Shown: piece after piece, positions 62,901-64,000 of the stretch | How the letters are laid out: the number at the start of each line of letters is the position of its first letter | Numbering within the stretch: position 1 is the first letter of the stretch | DNA from: Auanema rhodensis | Taxonomy: Eukaryota > Animalia > Nematoda | Length of the DNA: 64,000 nt | Assembly: GCA_964057225.1 (NCBI GenBank) | Contig: OZ059895.1 | Coordinates: 14,322,001-14,386,000 of the forward strand | Direction: 5' to 3' | Notes under the pieces: model-generated | The model's input: the letters and a program-made list of their open reading frames with translations, nothing else | What the model was told of the DNA's origin: nothing | Database searches by the model: none | Made by a program: the position numbers and the translations under genes

Positions 62901-64000
62901 GAGAAAATGTAAAGAAACCTTTAAAACAAAGGCGGAGTAGATTTTAAGAATGTTTCAGAAAATTTCGAGAAAAAAACTTAAAAGAGATTAGGCTGACAAC
63001 GTTAGGAAAACCAAATGTAGACCAAAATTTAAAAAAATAAAGACAGAGAGAGGGAGAGAGAGAGAGAGAGAAACAGTTAAGAATCGAAGGGAGTTAATGC
63101 TATAAAACAGAAGAAACGGTGAAGACTGAAGTTCAGACAGTAGTTAGAAAGATATACGAAAAGAACACAGCTGACCTTATAACTTTGGCCGTGAGGAAAG
63201 AGAAGAGGATAGTGAACGTCCAATTACAACACAAAAATCAGAGAGAAATGAGAGAAAATAATATAATAAATAATAGTATATAAGTATAAGAGAGTATATA
63301 GATAATGGAAAAAAAAAGGAAAATTTAATGACTAAATCTTGAAACTTAGGTTCAAACTATAGCCAACAACTTGAAACATTTTTATTTATTTAAAAGACAG
63401 AGCAATAGATAGATACATTGATGCAAAAACATGAAGAAAAGAGAGGGAGATTGAAGAGTACAGAGGTGAAGGAAATAGTTAGAGAAACAAAGTCTATAAG
63501 ATGTGTTAGAGATACAGGGAAAAGTTGTAGAATGATCGAGAATATTTCAAAAATTAAATTACCTATTAGAATTTGAAAATCTTTTTATTTTGTTTTTAAA
63601 ACTTATTCTGTTATAATACTAATGATATTCATTAAATTATTACAAAAATAGCATTTAATTTGAATAAACTATATGGATGATGTGAAAATCAAAACGTTTA
63701 TGAAGAGAATTTATTATAATATAAGAATTAATATTTTACATTTATGAAAGGGAATTATCTGAATTAACTAGAACATTTCAAATTTACATTTTGCACGGAA
63801 AAGATTGGAAAACGTATGTAAGAATGGGAAGACCATCTTTAGGATTATCAGTCTGGAAACAGCTGTTGTTAACTGAAGTTTAACGTCTAGTACACATGAT
63901 AGAAATGAAACATTAGACATCAAAAACATTTGAAATTGATAAATTCAAATTGGTTTCGAAAAATAATTTATGTTTCATGTTTCGTTTTAATAAAAAAAAT

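Overview
AT-rich eukaryotic genomic DNA from a rhabditid-type nematode. Evidence: the exact 22-nt SL1 spliced leader, many ~43-50 nt GT-AG introns, and proteins close to C. elegans sequences as I recall them. The prokaryote-style ORF track is therefore mostly misleading, and gene models were rebuilt by hand. Protein genes from left to right: 3' end of a pac-1-like RhoGAP (+); hip-1/ST13 (-), whose 5.1-kb intron holds an antisense gene for a secreted protein with ten CKYRKSCY repeats (+); an acy-3-like adenylyl cyclase with degenerate catalytic residues (+); bas-1 aromatic amino acid decarboxylase (-); an uncharacterised N-anchored protein with HYEQ/RDH motifs (+); npr-17 GPCR (-); and dpy-18/phy-1 prolyl 4-hydroxylase alpha (-), which hosts an intron-containing tRNA-Leu(CAA). 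The main non-coding feature is 15 SL1 RNA genes, all on the minus strand, in a ~341-bp unit with no 5S rRNA gene, split into clusters of 3, 1 and 11. The cluster edges fit together through short direct repeats (12/12 and 9/10 bp), as if one array had been interrupted by two gene-bearing blocks of about 7.7 and 17.4 kb. Large upstream regions are rich in (GA/TC)n microsatellites. Gene names come from recalled similarity, not database searches, and internal exon boundaries are approximate.
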